From an uncultured Pseudomonadales bacterium (GTDB lineage: Bacteria; Patescibacteriota; Microgenomatia; UBA1400; UBA1396), in NCBI GenBank assembly GCA_964511175.1, contig CAZEEI010000003.1, positions 77,716 to 141,715 of the forward strand: 64,000 nucleotides of DNA, written 5' to 3'. Below the pieces are notes generated by a model that saw nothing but the letters and a program-made list of their open reading frames with translations, made no database searches and was not told the origin of the DNA. How positions within the stretch are numbered: position 1 is the first letter of the stretch; every line of letters starts with the position of its first letter. The position numbers were made by a program, and so were the translations under genes. This document shows, in pieces, positions 18,096-26,827 of this stretch.

Positions 18096-19183
18096 CCCAG
18101 TTTTACCTCATCGCTCCAGGTGATTAAGCGCTCATTTTCGCCAGCCCCATAAGCCAGTTTGATCCAAATTATTTTAGCCTGATCCTGGTAAGGTTGTAGT
18201 GCCGCCACTTCACTATTAGCCCACTCCAGCGCAATGACTGCTTTCTGCGCAATTAATTCGGCCAGTCCGAGCTGGGCTAGCTCGTTGGCTTGTTCCAAAC
18301 GCCAGGCGTCGATGTGCATAAACGGCCAGGTCTGACCTTCTGCCGCAAAGCGATATTCGTGTTGCAGGGTATAACTGGGCGAGCGCACCGGTTCAGTGAT
18401 GCCTAGGCCGCTGGCTAAGCCTTTGACGAACTGGGTTTTGCCAGCGCCTAACTCGCCTTCCAGGGCGAAAATCACGGCGCGCTGTCCCCATTGGTTACGG
18501 TATTTCTGCGCCAATTCCTGACCTAACTTTTGGGTTGCTTCGGCCGAATGGGAGGCAAGATGTTGAGTTTCCGTAAACTCAACCGAACCCTGACGGAGGG
18601 TATGGTAAGTATCCAGGGTGGTGTCGACCACGGTGGAGGGTGGATTGGCTGGCAATTCATCCGCGTCGAGGATTAGGTCGATCAACCCCTTTTGGCGCGG
18701 TGAGAGCGGCGCAAGAATATCGTCAATGGTATAGGGTCTTTTTTTGCCCGAGGCGTTGGCGCCAGTAGCCGTGAACGGACAACCCAAAGTCGCGGCCAGC
18801 TCTCGCACCAAAGGATAACTCGAAATACGAATACCCAGGGTGCCTTGGGCCGATTCCACTCTGGGCGCCACTGCGTGGCGCCCCACCGACACTACCGTCA
18901 CTGGTCCTGGCAAAAATTGGCGGTAAGCCTGACGCGCGACGTCGTTAAGAACCACGTATTGTTCCGCCATAGCCTGATTAGCCACCATTACCGACAAGGG
19001 TTTGTCGGCACGCTTAGTTTTGTAAGCCAGTAGTTTACCGATTGCTTCGGGATTGGTGGCAGCGGCACCCAGACCGTAAGTAGTTTCGGTAGGATAAACG
19101 ACCAAACCGCCGCCGCGCAAAACTGCAACTGCCTGAGCAACGGCTTCGGCTGAAGAAACAACGGACAAATCAAGATGGCGCAT
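18092..19183 (-). CDS. TsaC (YrdC/Sua5)-TsaE fusion
   Basis: N-term YPTETTYGL, K.R..DKPL, PGPVT, ATGANASG; C-term GELGAGKT, SPSY, HIDAWRL, LEWA. Confidence 0.9.
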   Translation of the reverse strand: MRHLDLSVVSSAEAVAQAVAVLRGGGLVVYPTETTYGLGAAATNPEAIGKLLAYKTKRADKPLSVMVANQAMAEQYVVLNDVARQAYRQFLPGPVTVVSVGRHAVAPRVESAQGTLGIRISSYPLVRELAATLGCPFTATGANASGKKRPYTIDDILAPLSPRQKGLIDLILDADELPANPPSTVVDTTLDTYHTLRQGSVEFTETQHLASHSAEATQKLGQELAQKYRNQWGQRAVIFALEGELGAGKTQFVKGLASGLGITEPVRSPSYTLQHEYRFAAEGQTWPFMHIDAWRLEQANELAQLGLAELIAQKAVIALEWANSEVAALQPYQDQAKIIWIKLAYGAGENERLITWSDEVKLG

Positions 19184-19312
19184 AGGGCTAATTATAGCTT
19201 GATTGGTACAAAGCACCGCGGGTGGTGCCGATTTTGATTAAAAGATACTCATAATTTAACACCAGCCAAGCCGATTTTTGACACTTCTGATCTTTATTGC
19301 TAAACTACTCGC

Positions 19313-19446
19313 ACAATTAATATTCTCGTTTGTATCCGCCTACCAACCGGAAAGGGAATCGGCGCGTCGCCGTAAGACGTGAATTAAGTCACACGATCAG
19401 GATGGAACCGCCCGCCAGGGCTCCTGAGTAGGGTGACTTTTTTTGT
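19313..19446 (+). promoter_or_regulatory. T-box riboswitch (Thr) leader of thrS
   Basis: TTGACA(19278)-17-TAAACT promoter; antiterminator CAGGA-TGGAACC-GCCC/GGGC-TCCTG; ACC in short stem I loop; U-tract at end. Confidence 0.8.
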
Positions 19447-19462
19447 ACATTGAAAGGAAAAC

Positions 19463-21247
19463 ATGTCGGTAATTTTAGACGAAAAACTAGCCCAACTATC
19501 CGGCGATGAGTTAACGCTTTGGCAAATGCGCCACAGTGCCCAACACATCCTTACCTACGCCATGCAATGCGTGTTTGGTGAAGATGCTTTCTACATGGCG
19601 ATGGGTCCGGCTACCGAGGAAGGTTTTTACTTCGATTTTGAACAGCGCGGCGATTTAAATGTGAGCGAAGCCGATTTTCCCAAAATCGAAGCGGCAATGG
19701 CCAAAATTATCGAGGAAAATTTGCCTTTCCGCCGCGAGGAGATTTCGGTCGACGTCGCGCGTGAGTTATTTGCTGGCAACCCCTACAAACAGGAATGGCT
19801 AGATCAGATTCAGGAACGCGGCGAATCGGTGAGTATCTACTACACGGGCGACGGCTTTGTGGATTTGTGTTCCGGACCGCACGTAGATTTGACCGGCCAA
19901 ATTAAGGCTTTTAAATTACTCAGCATCGCCGGTGCCTACTGGCATGGTGACGAGAAAAACAAAATGCTGACGCGAATTTATGGTACGGCCTTCCCCAGTC
20001 AGGCCGAACTCGATCTTTATCTTCAGCAACAGGAAGAAGCTAAGCAACGCGATCATCGCCGCCTGGGCAAAGAACTGGAACTTTTCACTTTTTCGCCGGA
20101 AGTTGGTCAGGGTCTCACCATTTGGCTACCTAACGGCGCCGCCATCCGCCGCACGATTGAGGATTTCATGGTGCGCGAACAAACCAAAATGGGCTACCAG
20201 CACGTTTACAGCCCGCACATCGGGCAGAAATCGCTCTGGGAAAAAAGCGGCCACTGGGATTTGTATCGCGAAAAGATGTATTCCCCAATGGACGTAGATG
20301 GGGTGGAATATTTGGTTAAGCCCATGACTTGCCCCATGCACATCCAGACTTACGAGTTTAAGCCGCGTTCTTACCGCGATTTGCCTTTCCGCATTGCGGA
20401 GGTGGCGTCGGTTTACCGCTACGAGCAATCAGGTGAGCTAAGCGGCCTACTGCGCGTACGTGCTTTTACCCAAGACGATGCTCACATTTTTTGCACGCCA
20501 GACCAGGCGGTGAGTGAGTTTATTGCGGTATTTAAGTTTATCCAAAAACTGTATGCCGCGTTCGGATTCAGCGATTACCGCGTGCGTTTGGGTATTCGCT
20601 CGTCTAAAGAAAAGTACTTAGGTAGCGATGAGCTTTGGGAAGAAGCCCAGGCTAAGGCCGAAAAAGCTTTGCAAGAAGCCGGCGCCGCTTACTTTATTGC
20701 GGAAGGTGACGCTGCTTTCTACGGTCCTAAAGCCGACTTCTTGATTAAAGATGCGCTGGGTCGCGAATGGCAGTGCGGCACGGTGCAGATCGACTTCATG
20801 TTGCCGCAGCGTTTTGGTTTGAAGTATGTGGACAGTGACGGCCAAGAGAAAACGCCGGTCATGATTCACCGCGCGCCGCTGGGTTCGCTGGAACGCTTTT
20901 TGGCTATCCTAATCGAAAACTACGCGGGCAACTTCCCCACCTGGATAACGCCGGTACAAGTCAAAGTTTTGCCGATCACTGATCGCAATCTGATTTATGC
21001 CCAAAAGATTGTCGCTCAACTGCAGGAAGATGGGATTCGAGTTGAACTGGATGAGCGCAGTGAAACTCTGGGCGCTAAGATTCGTGACGCCCAAAAGGCG
21101 AAGGTGGCTTATATGCTGATTATTGGCGATAAAGAAGAAGCGCAGAACCAGGTAGCAGTACGTTCGCGTGACGGTAAGAATCACGGCGTAATGGCGTTAA
21201 GTCAGTTTAACGATAATATTCGCCAGGAGATTGATGCGCAAAAATAA
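19463..21247 (+). CDS. thrS: threonine--tRNA ligase
   Basis: RHS..H, DLCSGPH, RDHRRLG, KPMTCP.H, RVRAFTQDDAH, AFYGPK, IHRA. Confidence 0.97.
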   Translation: MSVILDEKLAQLSGDELTLWQMRHSAQHILTYAMQCVFGEDAFYMAMGPATEEGFYFDFEQRGDLNVSEADFPKIEAAMAKIIEENLPFRREEISVDVARELFAGNPYKQEWLDQIQERGESVSIYYTGDGFVDLCSGPHVDLTGQIKAFKLLSIAGAYWHGDEKNKMLTRIYGTAFPSQAELDLYLQQQEEAKQRDHRRLGKELELFTFSPEVGQGLTIWLPNGAAIRRTIEDFMVREQTKMGYQHVYSPHIGQKSLWEKSGHWDLYREKMYSPMDVDGVEYLVKPMTCPMHIQTYEFKPRSYRDLPFRIAEVASVYRYEQSGELSGLLRVRAFTQDDAHIFCTPDQAVSEFIAVFKFIQKLYAAFGFSDYRVRLGIRSSKEKYLGSDELWEEAQAKAEKALQEAGAAYFIAEGDAAFYGPKADFLIKDALGREWQCGTVQIDFMLPQRFGLKYVDSDGQEKTPVMIHRAPLGSLERFLAILIENYAGNFPTWITPVQVKVLPITDRNLIYAQKIVAQLQEDGIRVELDERSETLGAKIRDAQKAKVAYMLIIGDKEEAQNQVAVRSRDGKNHGVMALSQFNDNIRQEIDAQK

Positions 21248-22361
21248 AGCCGACCTTGATTTAGTGGCCGCCTTGGATTTGGCGCAAGTGGTAACGCAGG
21301 CGCAAACGACGCAATTTTTTGCTGAGTATTTACCACACTTGGGCGAGATTGATCCATTGTTAGCCCAGGTGGGCGCGCGATTGCAGGAGTACTGTCTGCG
21401 GCCAGGCAAGGCGATTCGCCCGCTGATGGTAGCGTGCGGTGCGGCTTGGTCGCGTTCGGTGCCGTTGGCTGAAGCTTTGGGCGATCGGCAAGTTCAGTCG
21501 CTTTTACTGGCGGTGGAGTTGATCCACAAGCGCCTACTCATGGCCGACGATATCGCCGACCGGGACGAACGCCGCCATGGCAAACCATCTTTCCACACTC
21601 AATGGGAACAGGACTTAAGCCAAGATCCCCACTACCGCCGGTTACCGATCGAGGAGCGTCGTCATTTTGCCCGTTCTTATACCGAGATTGCCGGTATCTG
21701 GTTGCAGCGCCTCAGCGAGCAAGCCATCGCGGCGGGCAATTTTTCTCTAGCCCAACGTCGTCAAATCGACGCTATTTTATTGGGTTACGTTTACGAAAAA
21801 ACACCAGCCGGCTGGTATGTGCTTTTTGATCAGAACTTTACCCCGCTTGATCAAGTTTCTCCGGCGGAGTTTTTGCACGGTTTGGCCATGGTTACTGGCG
21901 CGTATAGTTTCCAGTCGCCATTGTTGCTAGGTTTATTGTTGGGATCGGCGGGCGCCAAATTCAAGCAGCCGCTGATTGAGTTTGGCGAAGCAGTAGGTTT
22001 AGTCCACCAGTTGACCGACGACGTGATTGGTTTGTTTGGCGATCCAGAAGTGACGGGCAAACCGGTGGGGGGTGATTTGCGTGAAGGTAAAAAGACTCTG
22101 CTCATGCAGTACGCCTACCAGTTGGGTAGTGAGACACAGCGGCGACAGCTAGTTAGGCTTTTAGGCAAACCCGATATCACTACGGCCGAAGTCACAACAG
22201 TACGAGCCATGGTAGAAAGCACTGGGGCATTGGCTAAAAACCAAGCCAAGATTGCCGAGTATGTGGCGGCTGGTGAGCAGGTCTTAGGCCGTTTACCAGC
22301 CGGCGAAATCAATCATCTTTTACAACAACTTTTGTCTTTTTTGGTGGGACGCAAACGCTGA
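21234..22361 (+). CDS. polyprenyl diphosphate synthase
   Basis: GKAIRP, DDIADRDERRHG, QLTDD, GKPVGGDLREGKKT. Confidence 0.9.
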   Translation: MRKNKADLDLVAALDLAQVVTQAQTTQFFAEYLPHLGEIDPLLAQVGARLQEYCLRPGKAIRPLMVACGAAWSRSVPLAEALGDRQVQSLLLAVELIHKRLLMADDIADRDERRHGKPSFHTQWEQDLSQDPHYRRLPIEERRHFARSYTEIAGIWLQRLSEQAIAAGNFSLAQRRQIDAILLGYVYEKTPAGWYVLFDQNFTPLDQVSPAEFLHGLAMVTGAYSFQSPLLLGLLLGSAGAKFKQPLIEFGEAVGLVHQLTDDVIGLFGDPEVTGKPVGGDLREGKKTLLMQYAYQLGSETQRRQLVRLLGKPDITTAEVTTVRAMVESTGALAKNQAKIAEYVAAGEQVLGRLPAGEINHLLQQLLSFLVGRKR

Positions 22362-22371
22362 GGCGCTGGGT

Positions 22372-22454
22372 GCTGAGGGTGTAACCCTTCAGGCGTAGAC
22401 AAACTCAGGGTTACACCCTAAACCTTTTTACGCCTGAAGGGTTACACCCTCAGC
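22372..22454. repeat. REPIN/MITE-like palindromic element, copy 1
   Basis: 26-bp perfect terminal inverted repeats; three AGGGTNNNACCCT units; near-identical to 32735-32813. Confidence 0.9.
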
Positions 22455-23832
22455 TAAGGAGTTGCCGCATTTTTTCTTCAATCGCCCTGGCCTGCTGCTG
22501 GTCATGGGCAAAAATAATGTAAGCCATTTTGTTTTGAGCCAATAAGTTACCGCCGCACAAAACCAAACCCGTTTGGGTGGCCGGATCATATTCTAAACTT
22601 TGCAATTCTTGCCGCAGTGTCGCAAAGTTTCTCGCTTTCTTACCCGGCAGCGGCCAAACGTTATTAGAAACAATGTAAGCTTTGTTTAAGAAATCTGCGC
22701 CCAGCAAACTACGCGCCGCATGGTAAACGTGTGTACCACCGGTACGACGCACGTTAGACTCGGTAACGTAAAGATTGCCATCTTGGCCCACGATGAAATC
22801 GATATCAAAGTAGCCGCGGTAGCCGTAACGCGCGTACTCCCCGCCCAGCGCCCGGCCGATGCGGATCATTTTGTCTAACATTTCTTTTGGTACGGCGTTA
22901 GCGTAAATTTCGGTACCCTGGAAAGTACCGCCGCTGGTGACGCGCATGCCGCAAACATACAGGAAAGTTACTTGGCCGTCTGGTTCGATGCGAAACTCAG
23001 CGCTAGGAAACCCTCCCGCTATTTTAGGGTTGGCCGGTATATAATCTTCGACTACCATCGGAAAATCCGACCAATAATCATCATTAGTCAGAATATCCAT
23101 GATCTTTTCCCGCGCTGCTTCTTGCTGGTGCGGTAGATCGTCTGGGCGGAGGATCACCACACCCAATCCCGCGTGGCCTTTTTGGGTTTTAAGCACCACA
23201 CCGTGGTTGAGTAAATGGCGCGCCGTAGCCAGATTGGTACCATTAGTTACTCCGGAAACAATAAAGCCGGTCGACATGAGTGCCGCTGGCTCGGTGTGGC
23301 TTAATTGCTGGACCATTTGGCGGATACCGGTTTTGCTACCAAAAAAGTTGACGACCCAGTTATCTTCCCGATCTGGCGACTGAGGTGCTTCGATCTGGAT
23401 ATTGCTTTGGCGCAGGCGATTAACCAGTCCCTGGAACCAAACGGAAGAAGAATAGCTTAAGGCAATCAGCGGCCCCTGTTTACTCAGTTCGCGCAAACGG
23501 TGCCAAACCGCTTTATCGTTTTGGGCATCCTCGCAAAGTTGGCCGGTATGGATTTTCGGAACCAAAACTTCAATTTCCCGCTGGCCGAATAAGGTTTGGT
23601 AATATTCCAAGTAATCTGGATCGACCGCTTGTGGTGTGATGAAGACCAAGCGTTTAAACTCCGCCAGGGCAAACAGGTCACGGTCGCTGAGAGCGGCATT
23701 CTCACTAATTTCGCTTTCTCGCGCTACTTGATCATCAATCCGTTTAATAAACGGCCAGACGTCTTCCGAAGTATTGGAGAAAAAAACAACCGTCGGCAAG
23801 GGCGACGGATCAGCATCATCAACCGATTCCAT
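22450..23832 (-). CDS. ATP-grasp superfamily ligase (PGM1/preATP-grasp-like)
   Basis: VLK...GHAGLG, VVEDYI, GYRGYFDIDF, ESNVRRTGGTH; start taken at MESVDD. Confidence 0.75.
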   Translation of the reverse strand: MESVDDADPSPLPTVVFFSNTSEDVWPFIKRIDDQVARESEISENAALSDRDLFALAEFKRLVFITPQAVDPDYLEYYQTLFGQREIEVLVPKIHTGQLCEDAQNDKAVWHRLRELSKQGPLIALSYSSSVWFQGLVNRLRQSNIQIEAPQSPDREDNWVVNFFGSKTGIRQMVQQLSHTEPAALMSTGFIVSGVTNGTNLATARHLLNHGVVLKTQKGHAGLGVVILRPDDLPHQQEAAREKIMDILTNDDYWSDFPMVVEDYIPANPKIAGGFPSAEFRIEPDGQVTFLYVCGMRVTSGGTFQGTEIYANAVPKEMLDKMIRIGRALGGEYARYGYRGYFDIDFIVGQDGNLYVTESNVRRTGGTHVYHAARSLLGADFLNKAYIVSNNVWPLPGKKARNFATLRQELQSLEYDPATQTGLVLCGGNLLAQNKMAYIIFAHDQQQARAIEEKMRQLLS

Positions 23833-23875
23833 ATTATAGGCAACACTATAACAGTTATGCGGCTGGTTGCAATAG

Positions 23876-23904
23876 GGGTCTGACCCTGCCATAGGTCTGA
23901 CCCT
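23876..23904. repeat. two GGTCTGACCCT REP-like palindromic units
   Basis: GGGTCTGACCCT gccata GGTCTGACCCT between lon and ATP-grasp gene. Confidence 0.55.
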
Positions 23905-26365
23905 AATTCAGCAGTGCCACCGCCAGCACTTCGCTGACGTGGTTGACTGGCCGAATGTCGATATCCATCTTAATTTTGTCGGGTAATTCGACCAAATCCT
24001 TAATATTTTGTTTGGGTATGAAGACAATTTTAATGCCCGCGCGGTGAGCAGCGATTAGTTTTTCCTTGAGGCCGCCGATCGGCAGTACGCGGCCGCGCAG
24101 GGTCACTTCACCGGTCATAGCGATATCGCTGCGAATCGGCCGGTCAGTGTAAACCGAAGCTAAAACGGTGGTCATGGCTACGCCAGCGGAGGGGCCGTCT
24201 TTGGGGACAGCACCTTCCGGCGCGTGGACGTGAACGTGGTGTTTCAAAATTTTGTTCGGATCAATTTTCAACTCGGCCGCTTTAGAGCGGACGTAAGTGA
24301 AGGCCGCCTTAGCCGACTCCTGCATCACTTCGCCCAGTTGGCCGGTCAAGGTAATGCCTTCCTTACCTGGCGTCAAAGCTGCTTCAATAGGTAATAGTTC
24401 GCCGCCAGCACTGGTCCAGGCTAAACCGTTAACCAAACCAATCTCTGCCTGTTTTTCTTGGATCATATCAATGAATTTGGGCGGACCAAGCAGTTTAGTT
24501 AAATTGGTACGAGTAATAACTACTTTGGTGTGGTTTGATTTGGCCGAAGTAATTTGCCGTGCGGCCTTGCGGGCCAGCGATGCCAACTCCCGCTTCAGGT
24601 TACGGACACCAGCTTCGCGCGTGTAGTGACGAATCACTTCCCGCAAGGCCGCATCCCCCACCTTTAATTGTCCTGCTTTGAGACCTGCCCCAGATTGAAC
24701 CTGTGGTAATAGATATTTTTTCGCGATGTGCCACTTTTCGTCTTCGGTATAGCCGGCGTACTCCACCACTTCCAAGCGGTCGCGTAGGGCTGGCGGAATG
24801 GTATGTAACACATTGGCGGTCGTAATAAAAATCACTTCGGAAAGGTCGAATGGTAAGCCCAAGTAATGGTCGGAGAAGTCGTGGTTTTGTTCGGGATCCA
24901 GTGCCTCCAGCAGGGCCGCCGAAGGATCGCCGCGAAAATCCTGGCCAATTTTATCGATTTCGTCCAGCATAAAAACGGGGTTTTTGGTTTTGGCTTGAGT
25001 GATTCCCTGAATAATTCGGCCAGGCAGCGCGCCCACATAAGTACGGCGGTGACCGCGAATTTCAGCTTCATCATGGATACCGCCCAGGGAAACTTTCACA
25101 AATTCGCGTCCCAGGGCCTCGGCAATGGAGCGGCCAATGGAGGTTTTGCCGACTCCCGGCGGGCCAACAAAGCAAAGGATAGTGGTCAACGAATCCGGCT
25201 GACGGTACTTTTTGCCGGGCGCAGCAGTGTGATTTTCTTTGGCGGCACTTTGACGCAACTGGAGCACAGCTAAGTGTTCCAAGATGCGTTCCTTTACTTT
25301 ATCCAAACCATAATGGTGTTTTTGCAAAACGAGATTGGCCTTTTGGAGCGAAGTGCGGCCGCGGGAGCGCTTGGACCAAGGCAGGCCCAAAACAGTTTCC
25401 AGCCAGGTATGGATGTAAGCGTACTCGGAGTGCATCGGCGACATTTGGCTTAGCCGCCGCAATTCTTTTTCGACCTTAATCTGTACGTCTTTAGGTAAAG
25501 AAATCTTGGCCAGTTGAGTGGTTAATTCATCCAATTCAGCCGTTTCGTCATCCAGTTCACCGAGCTCTTTTTGAATAGCCTGCATTCTTTCGCGCAAGAT
25601 ATTTTCCCGCATGCGTTGATCGATATTTTTCTTGGTTTCACTATTAATTTTTTGTTCGATATCCAAAATATGTTGTTCGCGGGAAAGATGGGCAATTACC
25701 CGGCCAATACGCTGGTTGATATCTAACTCCTCGAGCAAAGCTTGCTTATCCAAGGTTGGCAAGTCCAAAGTGGAGGCTACGTGATCCACTAATTCGGAGG
25801 GTGGGACGCCGCCCATTAACTTAATGAAGTTAAAGAACTCCACTGGTTTGCCTTGTTGAATAGTTTTCTTGAATAAATTGGTTAAGTGATTTACTTGAGC
25901 TTGGAACTCATCGGTAGTTTCCAGTTTTTCGGATAAATCACTGACTTTAACCAAAAGAAAAGGTTCGGTTTGGGGAAAATCGACGATTTTCACCCGCTTG
26001 AGACCACGCAGCAAAACGTGTAGCTCGTTCTCATGTTCTAAAGTACGTTCGATTTTAGCCAGGGTGGCAATGCGGAAAAGTTGACGGGGTGGGGGATTTT
26101 CCTGGCGGGGATTTTTTTGGGCAACCACGACTATTAACTGATTAGCATTTTCCGCCTCGCGGATGGCTTGTTGGGACTGCGGCCGACCAAAAACTAAGAC
26201 GCTTTCGGCATGGGGGAAAACCACTCCTTCGCGCAGAGTTACCAGAGGGAAAACCGGATCAGGCAAAACGGGCACAGTTTTAGCTGGCAACGAATCGGGC
26301 GAAACCAAGGTGGATTCCTCTACCGGTTTTTTGGTCGCTGATTTTTTCTTAATAACTAAGGCCAT
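23903..26365 (-). CDS. lon: Lon protease (LonA)
   Basis: LON N domain, GPPGVGKT, RGHRRTYVG, LDEIDK, PKDGPSAG, GGLKEK. Confidence 0.97.
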   Translation of the reverse strand: MALVIKKKSATKKPVEESTLVSPDSLPAKTVPVLPDPVFPLVTLREGVVFPHAESVLVFGRPQSQQAIREAENANQLIVVVAQKNPRQENPPPRQLFRIATLAKIERTLEHENELHVLLRGLKRVKIVDFPQTEPFLLVKVSDLSEKLETTDEFQAQVNHLTNLFKKTIQQGKPVEFFNFIKLMGGVPPSELVDHVASTLDLPTLDKQALLEELDINQRIGRVIAHLSREQHILDIEQKINSETKKNIDQRMRENILRERMQAIQKELGELDDETAELDELTTQLAKISLPKDVQIKVEKELRRLSQMSPMHSEYAYIHTWLETVLGLPWSKRSRGRTSLQKANLVLQKHHYGLDKVKERILEHLAVLQLRQSAAKENHTAAPGKKYRQPDSLTTILCFVGPPGVGKTSIGRSIAEALGREFVKVSLGGIHDEAEIRGHRRTYVGALPGRIIQGITQAKTKNPVFMLDEIDKIGQDFRGDPSAALLEALDPEQNHDFSDHYLGLPFDLSEVIFITTANVLHTIPPALRDRLEVVEYAGYTEDEKWHIAKKYLLPQVQSGAGLKAGQLKVGDAALREVIRHYTREAGVRNLKRELASLARKAARQITSAKSNHTKVVITRTNLTKLLGPPKFIDMIQEKQAEIGLVNGLAWTSAGGELLPIEAALTPGKEGITLTGQLGEVMQESAKAAFTYVRSKAAELKIDPNKILKHHVHVHAPEGAVPKDGPSAGVAMTTVLASVYTDRPIRSDIAMTGEVTLRGRVLPIGGLKEKLIAAHRAGIKIVFIPKQNIKDLVELPDKIKMDIDIRPVNHVSEVLAVALLN

Positions 26366-26417
26366 GGTGTAATCTCACTAGCAAGGTTAGCATTTTAAGC
26401 AAAAGACTGCTAATTGT

Positions 26418-26630
26418 CTAGGGCTGAACCACGATCATTTGCCAACTCAACAGCACGGTAGCAATCAGGGTCAACCAAAAAACGAGAAAAAAAAGATGAA
26501 AAGAGAAATTAGACCGCTTAATTTCCTGGGGCAGGGGTGGCAAAACAATTTCCTCGCTGTTTTCGGTCAAAATTTCTGGTGGTAAAGATTCCGCTAAAGA
26601 CCGACGGCGACGGAAAGGCGTAATTACCAT
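26418..26630 (-). CDS. small membrane protein
   Basis: 70 aa, C-terminal hydrophobic helix, co-oriented with lon. Confidence 0.5.
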   Translation of the reverse strand: MVITPFRRRRSLAESLPPEILTENSEEIVLPPLPQEIKRSNFSFHLFFLVFWLTLIATVLLSWQMIVVQP

Positions 26631-26665
26631 GACTCATTCATTGTACACTGCGGTATAATACATGC

Positions 26666-26815
26666 AGCACATTAGAAAGAAAGAAGTCACTAACTTACTA
26701 TGCTTCAAATACTAGTCAGGCTATCGCTTAGGAAAGGTTCGGACCCGGAATACGTTCCGCTGGTTTTATTGACCGATTCACCAACGACTGACTAGTTATC
26801 CTGAGGCATGGTGAA
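26666..26815 (+). ncRNA. ssrS: probable 6S RNA
   Basis: long rod: ACTATGCTTCA/TGAGGCATGGT, CTAGTCAG/CTGACTAG, central bubble, apical CGGAA/TTCCG; TATAAT at 26654; directly upstream of rny. Confidence 0.5.
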
Positions 26816-26827
26816 AAAAGGAGAACC

